Shown here: positions 13,189 through 24,322 of the stretch, piece by piece | Layout of the letters: each line of letters begins with the position of its first letter | How positions within the stretch are numbered: the first letter of the stretch is position 1 | DNA from: Chiloscyllium plagiosum | Lineage: Eukaryota | DNA: 64,000 bases | Direction: 5' to 3' | NCBI RefSeq assembly: GCF_004010195.1 | Contig: NC_057711.1 | Location: 81,076,714 to 81,140,713 of the forward strand | Made by a program: the position numbers and the translations under genes | The notes under the pieces: generated by a model | Databases searched by the model: none | Told to the model about the DNA's origin: nothing | Seen by the model: the letters and a program-made list of their open reading frames with translations, nothing else

Positions 13189-13648
13189 GCCAAAGATGGC
13201 GGTGGCAGAGTAGGGAATGTTTGGGCTCCTGTGCCCAGGCTTGTCCTCTTCGTCTGCATTTTACTTTTTTTTCTTTTTCCTTCTACCCCTTCTTTGTTGT
13301 CCTCAAACTTACCTGATAAAGAGAGCTCTTCAGCACGAGGCGGCTTCAATGGGCTCCAGAGCTTTCAGAGGTAGCATCGCTATAGAGACGGTCAGTCAGC
13401 CTGGGAAACCTGGAGTAGCTCCTTGATGGTGGGTGACATGGCATGGGCTGGGCTGGAAAGCCCGGAGCAGGACTCTGACAGGGGTATGCTGTGACAGTGG
13501 AGAGGGAAACATTGGACTCTTTTTAAGTTATCTTTATTTCATTCTGGTGCTTATGTATGAGCACTGTATGAGTGATGGTACAAATTTTTCATTATTTGAT
13601 ATAGAATACATGTGACAATAAAGGATATTCATTAAAGGATATTCAATA
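13189..13648 (+). mobile_element. Unclassified ~460-bp non-autonomous retroposon inserted in CR1
   Basis: Interrupts the CR1 reading at VIR|..V. Begins with the YY1-type AAGATGGCGG motif and ends tacatgtgacAATAAA plus (taaaggatattca)x2. Confidence 0.55.
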
Positions 13649-13788
13649 CAGATGGTAAACAGTATGTTAACCTTTTTCACAAACAAGTTTGAGTACAGGA
13701 GTAAAGAGGTTTTGCTTAATTGTATAGAACCTTGCTATGACTGTATCTGGGTTAATGTGTACAGTTTCAGTTCCCTTGTCTAAAGAAG

Positions 13789-14287
13789 TATGGGATTCAG
13801 TGGAAGCCCAGAGAACAAGAAAGGGTTAAAGTGGTCTTAGTTAGGTCAGGAAGAACATAATGGGACTTGATTAGATCAGGGATGAGTCCTGAGCAGACAC
13901 TTACAAGGCAAGAACAGTGGTTTTGTATTGCGAATGGGCAAGTGATTATCGAGGGAATGCAGGACCTTTTAAAATAGTTGAAACATTCAGGTGAACAGCA
14001 GGGAGCAACTGCTGAGATCAGTTTCAAGTGCCATTGCAATAGAAATTAACATTGCTAGAGAAATTAACAAATACAGTTACACCCAAACCATGGAAAACAC
14101 AAGTATGTACGAATGTGAGCAGTGATCAGACAGGAGCAGCTACTTTATACCCTCTGAAGCTGTCACATCTTTGCAACAGTTGTATCATCTATGTAACTGC
14201 TACACCTCTGCAATTAAGATTTAAAGTAGACATTGTGTAGTTCCTGTGCTTGGTTAGTCCTATTATCGGGGAAAATGAGTTCCCAAT
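13789..14287 (+). repeat. 5' LTR
   Basis: Aligns with 17885-18441 (about 18 mismatches in the first ~130 bp by hand). Starts TA (TG in the 3' LTR) and ends just before the primer-binding site. Confidence 0.92.
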
Positions 14288-14289
14288 TC

Positions 14290-14307
14290 TGGTGTAGTCA
14301 ACACGAT
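14290..14307 (+). promoter_or_regulatory. Primer-binding site, tRNA-Ser type
   Basis: TGGTGTAGTCAACACGAT vs the complement of the vertebrate tRNA-Ser 3' end TGGCGTAGTCGGCAGGAT (14/18); directly after the 5' LTR. Confidence 0.75.
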
Positions 14308-14568
14308 TGCAAAAGGATAAAGAGGGCGAAGACCACTTCACTCAAATCAGTGCCCAGAGGTAAGGACTGCTCTTTTATTAAAAGTCCTCGGGTAGAAATG
14401 ACAGTTCGAAACTTTCCCCTGTCTGACACAATCTGAAACTGCTAACTGATTTCAGTTTGAGTCTAAAGGAATACAAATGTCTGTGGCGGCAAAGGACAGG
14501 GAAGGGGAACCTTTCTCTATGACTCTTAGAGTATCTATTTCATTTCAAATCTAGGCAGAAAGCCAGGC

Positions 14569-16021
14569 ATGGTGTCTAAATGGGAATTACCTACTACAGT
14601 CAAAGGTAGGCAAACACCCCTGACATGTTAGAAGATGAAATCTTGCAGAAATTGAGAGAATATATTGAGCTACAATATGATCTGTTTAACACCTTACCTA
14701 AAATCCGTCAAAAGTATGGAATCTCCATGGGACAGTGGCTCCTGGATAATATAAAATGAATTTGGGGGAAAAAGTACTCAATTAAAATGGGAAAAAAAAG
14801 GATTCAATGGTCACTGTGTGTAATGCAACAGCTTAGACAGCAACAAGAAATAATTTAAAAATTGAATCATGATAGTGAAATGAACAACCTAGAAATACAA
14901 TTAAAAACAGTCTGTGCAGAATTGAAAACTACTAAAGAGAAAATGACTGAAGCCATGAAGGAAGTAGAACATAACAAAAACACATCACCCATACCACCTC
15001 CTTATCTGACTGTCCCAGTGTAGCCAACCTCTCTACTCTAGACATGGGTCTGAGTAAGACCCATGGTATGAAGAAGTGCTTAATATCCTGACGGAGGTTC
15101 TGAGACCTCTAGTAGCTCAGAGGATGATGAGGGTTGCCCTGTTTCCATGAAAGTTGAAGAACAAGGGAGCCAGATATGAATATAGCCAATGGTCAACCCA
15201 TGAGCCCTCGATCCACAATTAGTTGAGAGATGGTCCAAAGATTTGCCCCACCCGAAGAAGGGAGGTGTGAGCACATGGAATGAGTTAGGAAAAACTCAAG
15301 GATCTATGCATCTTACACCCCATGATCAGAGTTTAAATCCTCTCTGCCAGAGCAGGATAAAAATTGTAATCAAGAGTTAAGTCCAGTCTGGGACAGGATA
15401 GGTAGGATTTAAAGGCTAGTTGGTGGGCAATCCAAAGTTGGCTTTATAAATACAGCTCATCTAAAACTGATTGGAATAAGATAATGACATGCCAACAGAA
15501 GGGAAATGAAGAAGTTGGAGACTTTGCAGAAAGATTTGATGAGCATTCTGGACTAGCTCCTCATGGCAATCCAGAGGAATTGGCAGGTCAAAATTTGGCC
15601 CCATTAAAACTCACTTTGTTAACAGGCTTGAAGCCTGAACTGACGAAAATGTTAAAAATACAATGCCACAATTTGGATAAAATTCACGTCCTCTTGGTAA
15701 TGTAATTGAGGAAGCAAATTGCTTGAAGAGAAATATGGAATTGAAACTCAGAACTATACAGACTCAGAGCTCCCAGCACTGAAAAGCACCCAGGATGTGC
15801 TACAATTGTGGAAAGGAAGGCCACTGGGCTGAAAATTGTAGGTTAAAAAAGAAAAGTCCAGGTAGAAAACAAACTCCAAGTCAGAATCGTCTGGTTGGGA
15901 TAAACTGTCTTTAAAGGAGCACCTTAGTCTTTTGGAGCAGCTCCAGAGCTGTACAGAACTTCAGCTGAAAGAACTTACCAATCTCACAAAAAACGAGCAC
16001 AGCCCACTTCCAATTTTTTAG
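14569..16021 (+). pseudogene. gag: Retroviral gag remnant with a single CCHC zinc knuckle
   Basis: CYNCGKEGHWAENC at 15798-15839; MHR-like CQQKGNEEVGDFAERF (ORF 15484); many stops and frameshifts; start ATG is tentative. Confidence 0.8.
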
Positions 16022-17139
16022 CCCCTGTTTCAGCAACGTTAGAAAACCGTCCAGATGGCTGCTATGTCACGATGGAGGTGGACAATAAGGAAATTAATTG
16101 TCTTTTAGACATTGGTGCAGAACTAACATGTCTACCTTTAAGTGATTTACCATTGGAGGGAGAGCAGAGAAACACAATAGGAGTAGGGGGGGAGGCACTA
16201 AAAATTGAAAAGACCAAGCCATTGCCAATAAGGCTAGGACCACAGGAGATTGTTATACCTGTCTGGGTTAGGCCCATACAACAAACCTATTAGGAATGGA
16301 TGCATTAACTCAAATAAATTCATAATTACACTTCCAGCATTGCCATGTCAACTGGTCAATACAGCTGCTTGAATAGGAAGAACGGTGGGATTATCCAATC
16401 GGGGCAATGGATAAAATGACTGCAGCCTGTTAAAGATGACTCCAGTTACTTTCACTGGCGTTGCCTCGCCATGCACTAAAGAATATCTCATCAGGTCCAC
16501 ATTGCTGGTATTCTACTCATAATCAAACAATTAGAGCAACAAGGTGTACTGATAATAGTCCATAGTTCATCTAATAGCCTGGTATGGCCAGCTAAAATGT
16601 CTGATGGAACTTGGTGTCTGAAAGTAGATTACAGGAAAGTGAACCAATGTGTTGATCAGAAAGCACCTTTGGTTGCAGACCCCTCTACATTTTTAATTCT
16701 TTGTGACTGGAACACAAATACTTTTCAGTGATCGACATAACCAACGGCCTTTGGTTGGTTCCTCTGGCCCCTGAGGTACAACCATGGTTTGCTTTTACCA
16801 CCCAACAACAACAGTATCTCTGGACCCGTTTGCCGCAGGTCTTTCACAGTAGCCCTACTGTATTCCATATAGCTGTGCAAAATCACTTGCGGGAATTGTG
16901 TCTGATAGTATCTACAGTAATTCAATAGATGGATGAAATTCTAATAGCATCCCAGACTGAAGAACAACGTGGGGGCGGGGGATTTATGTGTCCTCCTTGA
17001 CCATTTACACTCCCATGGGCATAAGGCAAATCTTAAGAAGGCACAAATTGCCTAGGAAGAATACTGGGACAAAATATTTCAGCAGGAAAATGTGAAACAA
17101 TTCAGAATATGACAAAGGCTGTTTGTTATGCCTCCCAAG
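15988..17139 (+). pseudogene. pol: Retroviral protease and reverse transcriptase remnant
   Basis: Protease LLD(I)GA and a frameshifted LLGMDAL. RT motifs VDYRKVN and IDITNGLW..QYLWTRLPQVFHSSP, a degenerate YxDD (Q*MDEILIA at 16923) and GHKANLKKAQ. Confidence 0.9.
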
Positions 17140-17148
17140 AGGTTGCAG

Positions 17149-17364
17149 ACAGAAAACAACTGCAAATGCTGGAATCGAAAGTAGACAGGCAGGAGGCTGG
17201 AAGAACACAGCGCCAGGCAGCATCAGGAGGTGAAGAAGTCGATGTTTCGGGTGTAATTGTTCTTCAGGGCCCAGAAGAAGGGTTACACCCGAAATGTTGA
17301 TTTCCGCACCTCCTTATGCTGCCTGGCTCGCTGTGTACTTCCAGCCTCCTGTCTGTCTACTACC
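17149..17364. mobile_element. Penelope-derived fold-back element nested in the provirus pol
   Basis: TSD AGGTTGCAG (17140-17148, 17365-17373); inverted arms gtagacaggcaggaggctggaag / cttccagcctcctgtctgtctac; two degenerate hammerhead cores back-to-back. Confidence 0.85.
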
Positions 17365-17373
17365 AGGTTGCAG

Positions 17374-17584
17374 CAGTGTTGGGTGATCCTCCTGAAGGGA
17401 GACACAACATAGTCCCGGCACTTGGGTTTACATTAAGAAAATACACAAAGAACCATTGGGTGCCAACTGGGAAAGCCCATAACAAGTTCTTCTGACAACA
17501 CAATCAGCCATCAAGGCGCAAGGCAAGAAAGCCTGGATACACGCATCACAAATCAAAACAGCTAATGCCCCTCCTCCACTGTGA
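17374..17584 (+). pseudogene. pol: Integrase C-terminal (GPY/F-type) remnant
   Basis: WVYIKKIHKEPLGANWESP*QVLLTTQSAIKAQGKKAWIHASQIK matches the retroviral WxGPYxVLLTT..WIHAS pattern. Confidence 0.85.
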
Positions 17585-17870
17585 AGAACCTTACTCTGTT
17601 TATGGGCTTGCAATGGTTTCAATATCTCTAGTAATGTGCACTTCCATTGCAAAGCATGAGTTGTATGTTAACATCTTTTTGTATTTAACTTATACTTATG
17701 TAAGGAAAAATAACGTTTTCTAGCTTTGTATGTTTGTGTTTAATTTTTCAAATGTTGTCAAGCTCAAACCTTTAGTCCTGTTAAGCTATGGTATCTTGAT
17801 GTTTCTAGCAGAAGCAAGGAATGTTATCTGCTCAACATATATAATGATTCTTAGTAAGTTATTAAGAATC

Positions 17871-17883
17871 AAAAAGGGGGGAG
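17871..17883 (+). promoter_or_regulatory. Polypurine tract
   Basis: AAAAAGGGGGGAG immediately before the 3' LTR TG. Confidence 0.9.
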
Positions 17884-17884
17884 C

Positions 17885-18441
17885 TGTGGGATTCATTAGA
17901 AGCCCACAGAACAAGAAAGAGTTAAATTGGACTTAATTAGATCAGGGAAAACATAATGGGACTTGATTAGATCATGGATGAGTTCTTAGCAGATACTTAT
18001 AGGGCAAGAACAGTAGTTTTATGTTACTAAATGGGGAACTGATTATAGAGGGAACGCGAGACCTTTAAAATGGTTGAAACACTAAGGTGAACAGCAGGAC
18101 GGTAACCACAGAGATCAGCTACAAGTGTCATTGCTATAGAAATTAACATTGCTACAGATATTAAGATTGCTATAGAAATTAACAAATGCAGTTACACCCA
18201 AACCACAGAAAACATAAGGGTGTAAGAATGTGATCAGACAGGAGCAGGTGCCTTATAATATCTACGCATCTGTCTTATAACATCTAAACAGTTACTTTAT
18301 GTCAGCTATGAAGCTGTCATGTCTTTGCAGCAGTTGTATCATCTATGCAATTGCTACACCTCTGCAATAAAGACTTAAAGAACATATTGTGTAGGTCCCA
18401 TGCCTGGTTATTCCTACTATCGGAGAAAATGAGTACCAACA
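17885..18441 (+). repeat. 3' LTR
   Basis: TG...CA termini, AATAAA at 18366-18371, homologous to the 5' LTR. Confidence 0.93.
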
Positions 18442-18664
18442 GAAGGATGTATCTGCAAAAGGGGAAGTGGGATGGAGATTTACCAGACTGATTCCTTGGG
18501 ATAATTGGACTACCCTGTGAAGAGAGATTGAGCAGAGTGGGCCTGTATTCTTTGGAGTTTAGAAAAAAAAGGCAATTTTATAGAAACTTACAACATTCTG
18601 AAAGTAATAGACAAAGTATTTACAGAAAGGATATTTCCTGTCTCTGTGAGTCTGAGATCAGGAT

Positions 18665-18942
18665 CATAAAATACCTATAGTATAGAAACAGACCATTCAG
18701 CTCATCGAGTCCATATCGAACCTTGGAAGACAATCCCACCCAGGCCCCTACCCTAACCTCTCAGTGTAATCCTACATTTTCCATGGTTAATCCACCTGGC
18801 TTGTATATCCCTGGACACTATGAGTAATTGAGTATGGCCAATCCACCTAACCTGTATATCCTTGGACTGTGGGACAAAACCGGAACACCCGGAGAAAACC
18901 CACGCAGACACGAGGAGAACATACAAACTCCATTTAGACAGT
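18665..18942 (-). mobile_element. HE1-type SINE (5'-truncated) nested in CR1
   Basis: Body matches the other SINE copies (aaacccacgcagacacgaggagaacatacaaactcca). Confidence 0.8.
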
Positions 18943-20061
18943 TGAGGGCATCGTCTCAGAGTAAAGGGCAAGCTATTTCAGACTGACATGAGGAGAAACC
19001 TTTTCACTCAGAGATTGGTGAATCTTTGAAATTATCTACCAAAGAGGGCTGTGGAAGCTCAGTTACTGAATAAGTTCAAGACAAGAGATTTTTAGTTGCT
19101 AATGGCATAATGGAAAATGGGGATAGGGCAGGAACATGGAGCTGTGTAGGTGATTAGATGTAATCAACAGTGGTCTAGTAGACTTGGGGGACTGATTGGC
19201 CTAATCTTATGTTTCTATATTCCTGTTAATGTACATTAACTCATATTATTTCTCTAAGTCATATGGTCATAACTCTTCACACTTCTCATCACATGGGAGA
19301 GACAGACAAAAATCCATCCATAAACCAAAATGCTAGCTTGTTTTGAGATTTTTGTACAATTCTCAATAAGTTTAACTAAATGAAGTTAACATAGACAGCC
19401 TGCATAACTGTTGCTAATATGGTAAATAAAGAGACACATTGACAAATATCCTATCGGATTGTTTCTCACTGATGTCTTTCTGGATCAACTATTCATTGCA
19501 TATTCAAAAATGTAGGTTCTTCCTCACTCTGAGGGATGCCAGAACACACTATAAGAGTTTGCAGATATTATCATTCCAAGAAACTAGGATATCAAATTTA
19601 AAATTGAATAATTCATTTGCTATTTTTATCAAATCATTTTTTGACATTGTGTTAAGTGGAAGATTGTCTTGTTTAAAAGCCACACAGAACCCAAGTTTGA
19701 AAACCAAGATGGAAGGAACAATCAGCAGTTCTATATCATGGTTTATATTAAACTGATTTCTTCAGTGATGAAACTTTCTTCCAGTAGTATTACTTATTGC
19801 TTCAATATGTTATCGAAGTTAAACTTCCTTAAACATCAATATAGATGACGTCCACAGTATTTTTGGAATTACTATCAAATCAATCTTCCTCCTTTCAGTC
19901 ATTCCTTCCAAAAGTTTAATAATTTTAGGCAGTGTCAGGAAGTTATAATGATATTATTATAAAGAAAATTATATATGTCATGTGGCAAAGAACACAATGC
20001 CAGTTGTACATCTAATTGTTAATAAATAGTCCAATTGTTTCATGAGACCATAAGATAGTAG

Positions 20062-20385
20062 GAGGAGAAAGTGAGGACTGCAAATGCTGGAGATCAGAGT
20101 CAAAAAGTGTGGCACTGGAAAAGCGCAGCAGGTCAGGCGGGGGAAGGGAAATGAAGAAACTGGTGAAATCCACATTGATCTCATGTGGTTGGAGGGTCCC
20201 AAGGCAGAAGATGAGATGTTCTTCCTCCAGGCATCAGGTGGTTAGGGTTTGGCAATGGAGGAGGCCCAGGAACTGCATGACCTTGGCAGAGTGGAAGGGG
20301 GAATTAAAGTGTTCAGAAACAGGGCGGTGGGGTTGATTAGTTAAAATGTTCAGCCACGGTGTGATGGGTTTAGTTAGTTAAAGAT
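20062..20385 (-). mobile_element. Penelope-like fragment (terminus plus GIY-YIG C-terminus)
   Basis: Perfect TSD ATAAGATAGTAG (20050-20061, 20386-20397). Minus strand gives CLEEEHLIFCLGTLQPHEINVDFTSF; homologous to 25340-25500. Confidence 0.85.
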
Positions 20386-21374
20386 ATAAGATAGTAGTGT
20401 AATGATACAAATATATCTGTGATGGTATTATCTATATATGTACATTTGTGAAAATATTCACACATTTACTTTAGTAGACAAAGTGGTTCTGTACAGGGAC
20501 AAAACTTTGTACACCAGTGACACAATATAATTTCCAGACCTCTATTACTCTGCCCTTTATCTCCAATAAACTTGTCAGGAGCTCAAGGGGCTGGAACTAA
20601 TGGTGAACTGTGGCCCCCATCCCCCCACTGAAACAACAATGCTGCATTTTGGGGAGCCCACCAACGATTCCTAAAGGTGTCCTGCAGTAGTTAACAGCCA
20701 ATTTGGCTAATTACTGAGTTGGAATGTCACTTCTATCTGATAGCAAGAGGAAGTCCTACCTTAAAAAGCTGTGGACCAGAGACTGGTATTTCCTTGGTAC
20801 TGGCAGTGCCACTGGGCGTAGTGGCCACCGATGGAACTACAGTGGTGTCCATGGGGAGCTAAGATATACTGAAGGAAGGATTACAGTTAAGTCTGGGGTT
20901 TCGCCAAGGACAAGCTGGCAGACTCTGGCAAGAGGATGAGAGGGTTGGAGCCTAGGGTAGAATGGCCAGATACAGAAATGAATCTATAGTGGCTGCTATA
21001 CCTTAGGATGAGCTCTCTATGTGCCACAAGGGATTGCTAAAGAGGAGTGTTTCATGCCTGTCACTAGCTTGCACAAAACATAGTTGCTAAGCTATAAGCA
21101 TGACTTCATTACAACCTTGGTCCAAAAATGGACAGAAGAGCCAAACTCAAGAGGAAACTTGAAGGTGACTGCACAGACGTCAACTGAGTATGTCTGGCAG
21201 GACCCAAAATGAGCATCAGTATTCATGACTTTGTTGACAATTGAGAGTAGGCTTTTGAGTAAGTAATTGGCTTGGGTTGAATTGGTCTTTTTTGAGAATA
21301 GGACATAACTTGGCAATTTTCCATAAGGAAACTGGCTAAGTCCAAAAACAACAGAGATTGGAAAAAATCTAGAA

Positions 21375-22090
21375 ACATAGAAAATAAGAGCAGGATTAGG
21401 CCATTCGCCCCTTTGAACATGCTCTGCCATTCAATATTATCATGGCTAATCATCCAATTCACTATCCTGTTCTCGATTTCTCCCCATACCCTTTGATCAA
21501 ACTATATCTAACTCCTTGAAAACATTCAATATTTTGGTCTCAACATCTTTTTGTGGCTTACACAGACTTACCACTCCTTGGGCAAAGAAATTTCTTTTCA
21601 TCTTTGTTCTTAATGGCCTACCCTGTGATCTTATACTGTGACCTCAGGATCTGCATTCCCCAACCATCAAAAACATCCTACTCTGTCAAGTCCCGTTAGT
21701 TGGAGGTGCCAGTGTTGAACTGGGGCGTACAAAGTTAAAAATCACACAACACTAGGTTATAGTCCAACAGGTTTATGTGGATGCACTGATGAAGGAGAAG
21801 CGCTTCAAAAGCTAGTCCTTCCAAATAAACCTTTTGGACTATAATTTGGTGTTGTGTGATTTTTAACTTAGTCCCATTAGAACTTTATAGGTATCTATGA
21901 GATTCCCTCCCCATTGTCCCAAACTCCAATGAATATAATCATAACTGATCTAATCTCCCTTCATACATCAGTCCTGCCTTCCCCAGGAAGCAGTATGGTA
22001 AAACTTTGTTGTACTCTCTCCATAGCCAGAATACCCTTCCTCAGATAAGGAGACTTGAACAACACACAATATTCCACTGAAGCCTTGTAC
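21375..22090 (-). mobile_element. CR1 LINE 3' fragment (interrupted at 21700-21869)
   Basis: acatagaa tail, caggattaggccatt 3' stem, reverse-complement C-terminal ORF2 motifs. Confidence 0.8.
21700..21869. mobile_element. Penelope-derived fold-back with hammerhead core
   Basis: TSD agtccc(g/a)ttag (21689-21699, 21870-21880); inverted arms aagttaaaaatcacacaacac / gtgttgtgtgatttttaactt; ctgatgaaggagaagcgcttcaaaagcta. Confidence 0.85.
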
Positions 22091-22099
22091 ATTACCAAG

Positions 22100-22750
22100 T
22101 ATTTGTCAGGATTTAACTATTGAAACAGCTTAACCAGGGAGCGGCTAATTCTGGAGCATGAGTCTTTACTATGATTGCTGGAATGTGGCCAGACCCCATA
22201 GCATTTGCAGTATTCAGTACTTTTAGACATTTCTTCATCTCATTTGAAGTGAATTGAATTCACTGATGTTGGGACTGCTGGAGGGGAATGTGCTGGATTG
22301 TTACTTCTGGCTGAAGCTGTTTGCATATGCTTCAGCTTGACTTTTACATTAATGTGCTGGGCTCCTTTGTCATCAAATATGGAGGTATTTGTGGAGCCTT
22401 TTTCTCCAGTGAGTTGTTTAACTGTCCATCATAGTTCACAACTAGATGTGACTGGACTGCAGAGCTTAGATCTGGTCTGTTAATTGTGGGAACACTTAGC
22501 TCTTTCTGTCACTTGCTCCTTATGCTTCTTCATATGCAAGGATTCACGTTCTGTAAGTTCGACAGATCGTCACTTCAATTTTAGCAATGGTTGGTTGTGC
22601 TTCAGGTGTACCCTCCTATTCTTCGTTGACTGTTCCTTTCCAGAGGTGTACCTGCACCAGGTGCATCAGAAGATGTCTCAACAGCACCTGTCAGCAATCT
22701 CGGATTGGCAATAAATGCTGACCTTGCCAACAATGCCTGCAAGCAGTGAA
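22100..22750. mobile_element. Fragments of an L2/CR1-like LINE
   Basis: 22240-22630 is homologous to 31860-32270 (minus-strand ORF2). The ggcaataaatgctg 3' tail is at ~22708. Confidence 0.65.
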
Positions 22751-23286
22751 AGTGCTTATCTTCCAAGTCAGAATTGGTGTGATCAAATTAATAGCTTTGC
22801 AAATATTTTCAAATGCTCCTATTCTTTGATACAATTAAAAACAAAGCTCGATCCCATTTAAAAAAATCCTATCCATTGAAGACTGTTAATTTAGAAATGA
22901 TTGCACTATCACCCAAGTTCATCAGAATTCTGTGCACTGATGACTACATATATGTCTGTAATTTGATAGCTTTTTTTGTATCTCTCCCCACCTTCCTTTC
23001 TCCTGTAGTTTTTCTACACTGTTTTCACCAGCCGAACAAATGTTTTAAAACTCCCATCATTGCCCCTCTTTAACCTGACATTAGAAGTGCAATTTTACCT
23101 CATCCAAAACCTACGTACTCATACATGGATTTAAAATCAGTGGGTGAGAAAGTTACTATGATTAGACTCCGGCTTCCTGCAGTTAAACAGCTTGCTCTGT
23201 CCACCTCCCCAAACTAGCATGGTTGGGATGGAAACATATGTGTGGTATTTGACAACAAAATATCTTAAATTCATACAACAACGTGT

Positions 23287-23469
23287 GGGTGGCATGGTGG
23301 CACAGTCGTTAGCACTGCTGCCTCACAGCGCCAGAGACCTGGGTTCAATTCCTGCCTCAGGCGACTGACTGTGTGGAGTTTGCACGTTCTCCCCGTGTCT
23401 GCGTGGGTTTCCTCCGGGTGCTCCGGTTTCCTCAGGGCCTGTTTCCACACTGTAAGTAATCTAATCTAA
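23287..23469 (+). mobile_element. Internally deleted HE1-type SINE
   Basis: Intact tRNA-like head joined directly to agggcctgtttccacactgtaagtaatctaatctaa; the middle section of the 45783 copy is missing. Confidence 0.9.
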
Positions 23470-24109
23470 CTTTTGAAGAACAAGTATTGTTACACAGGAA
23501 ACTGCAGGCAGAAATTTTGACCCTTGCAAACATATTGATGCACCAGTAAGTCTGAGAATGATTTCATTTGTTCTTTAATCACAAACAATTCTTCATGTAG
23601 GCGTAAAATTGTTTCTTAGTTTTTAATGCATTAATTGGAAAACAGATGAATTCTTTTAGAGCTTGGATGTTTTATAACTGAGACACAAATGAGCGATGAA
23701 TGAGGAGAAAAGTCGTCAATAATAGTTCAGAACCACATCATAAGCCGTTAGTTGGCACATAAACATTTCAAATAATATTCAGTGCTGAAGAAATAATAGT
23801 AATGCTGGAGAGAGCAGGCATAAAAGTGCCATCTTCAGTGTTCCAGCTCTCCAGATTTCTGTGCAGGGTTCAGCAATAAGGGAGGCAAGTAAATATAAAG
23901 TCAACAAATCTCCACTAGAAGCCATGTGATGACGAATAAGCAGAAAAATGTCAAAGTTGCAAAAATATGCAGGTATGCAATGAGATCCTCTGTACATTTT
24001 ACTATTTTAAAGTTTCTAAATGACATTATATAAATGAGTTTTACATTGTAGAAATGCTATGTTACATGGTTACAGGTGTCAGACATAGCAGCCTGAGCAG
24101 TTTCAATGG

Positions 24110-24322
24110 GCTGAAGAGATTTCCTTTCTGAGGGCTGTTGAGGTTGCATCATTAAGTATACACAAGCTTAGACAGACAGATTTCTTGATCTGGAAGTGAA
24201 TCAAGGGTTATAGGGAAAGGCAGAAAAGTGGATTTGAGGATTATCAGATCAGCCAGATCTCAGTGAATGATGGAACAGACTCAATGGGATGAGTCTGCTC
24301 CTATGTCGATGTTTTTATGGTC
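24110..24322 (+). mobile_element. CR1 LINE 3' end
   Basis: aatcaagggttatagggaaaggcagaaaagtgg, gatcagcca...tgaatgatggaacagactcaatggg, and a tatg tail. Confidence 0.7.

Larger units (their letters stand above)
13789..18441 (+). mobile_element. Endogenous retrovirus-like provirus, internally deleted and pseudogenised
   Basis: Paired LTRs, 4-bp TSD GAAG (13785-13788, 18442-18445), primer-binding site, polypurine tract, and gag-pro-RT-integrase C-terminus in retroviral order. Confidence 0.95.
11870..19225 (+). mobile_element. CR1 LINE (ORF2 3' half) interrupted by four later insertions
   Basis: Collinear CR1 motifs: QHGFMK (12472), FQKxFDK (12625), SKFANDAKLGG (ORF 12770), MEYNVQK (13026), 3' end and tail (18945-19225). 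'ccttgtctaaagaag|gatgtatctgc' is rejoined across the provirus. Confidence 0.85.

Noticed and set aside
13789..18441. Calling the provirus an endogenous foamy virus or a Ty3/Gypsy element
   Set aside because: The CCHC knuckle and Ser primer-binding site argue against foamy. The LPQ RT motif and retroviral integrase tail argue against typical Gypsy (MPFG). Left unassigned pending phylogeny.
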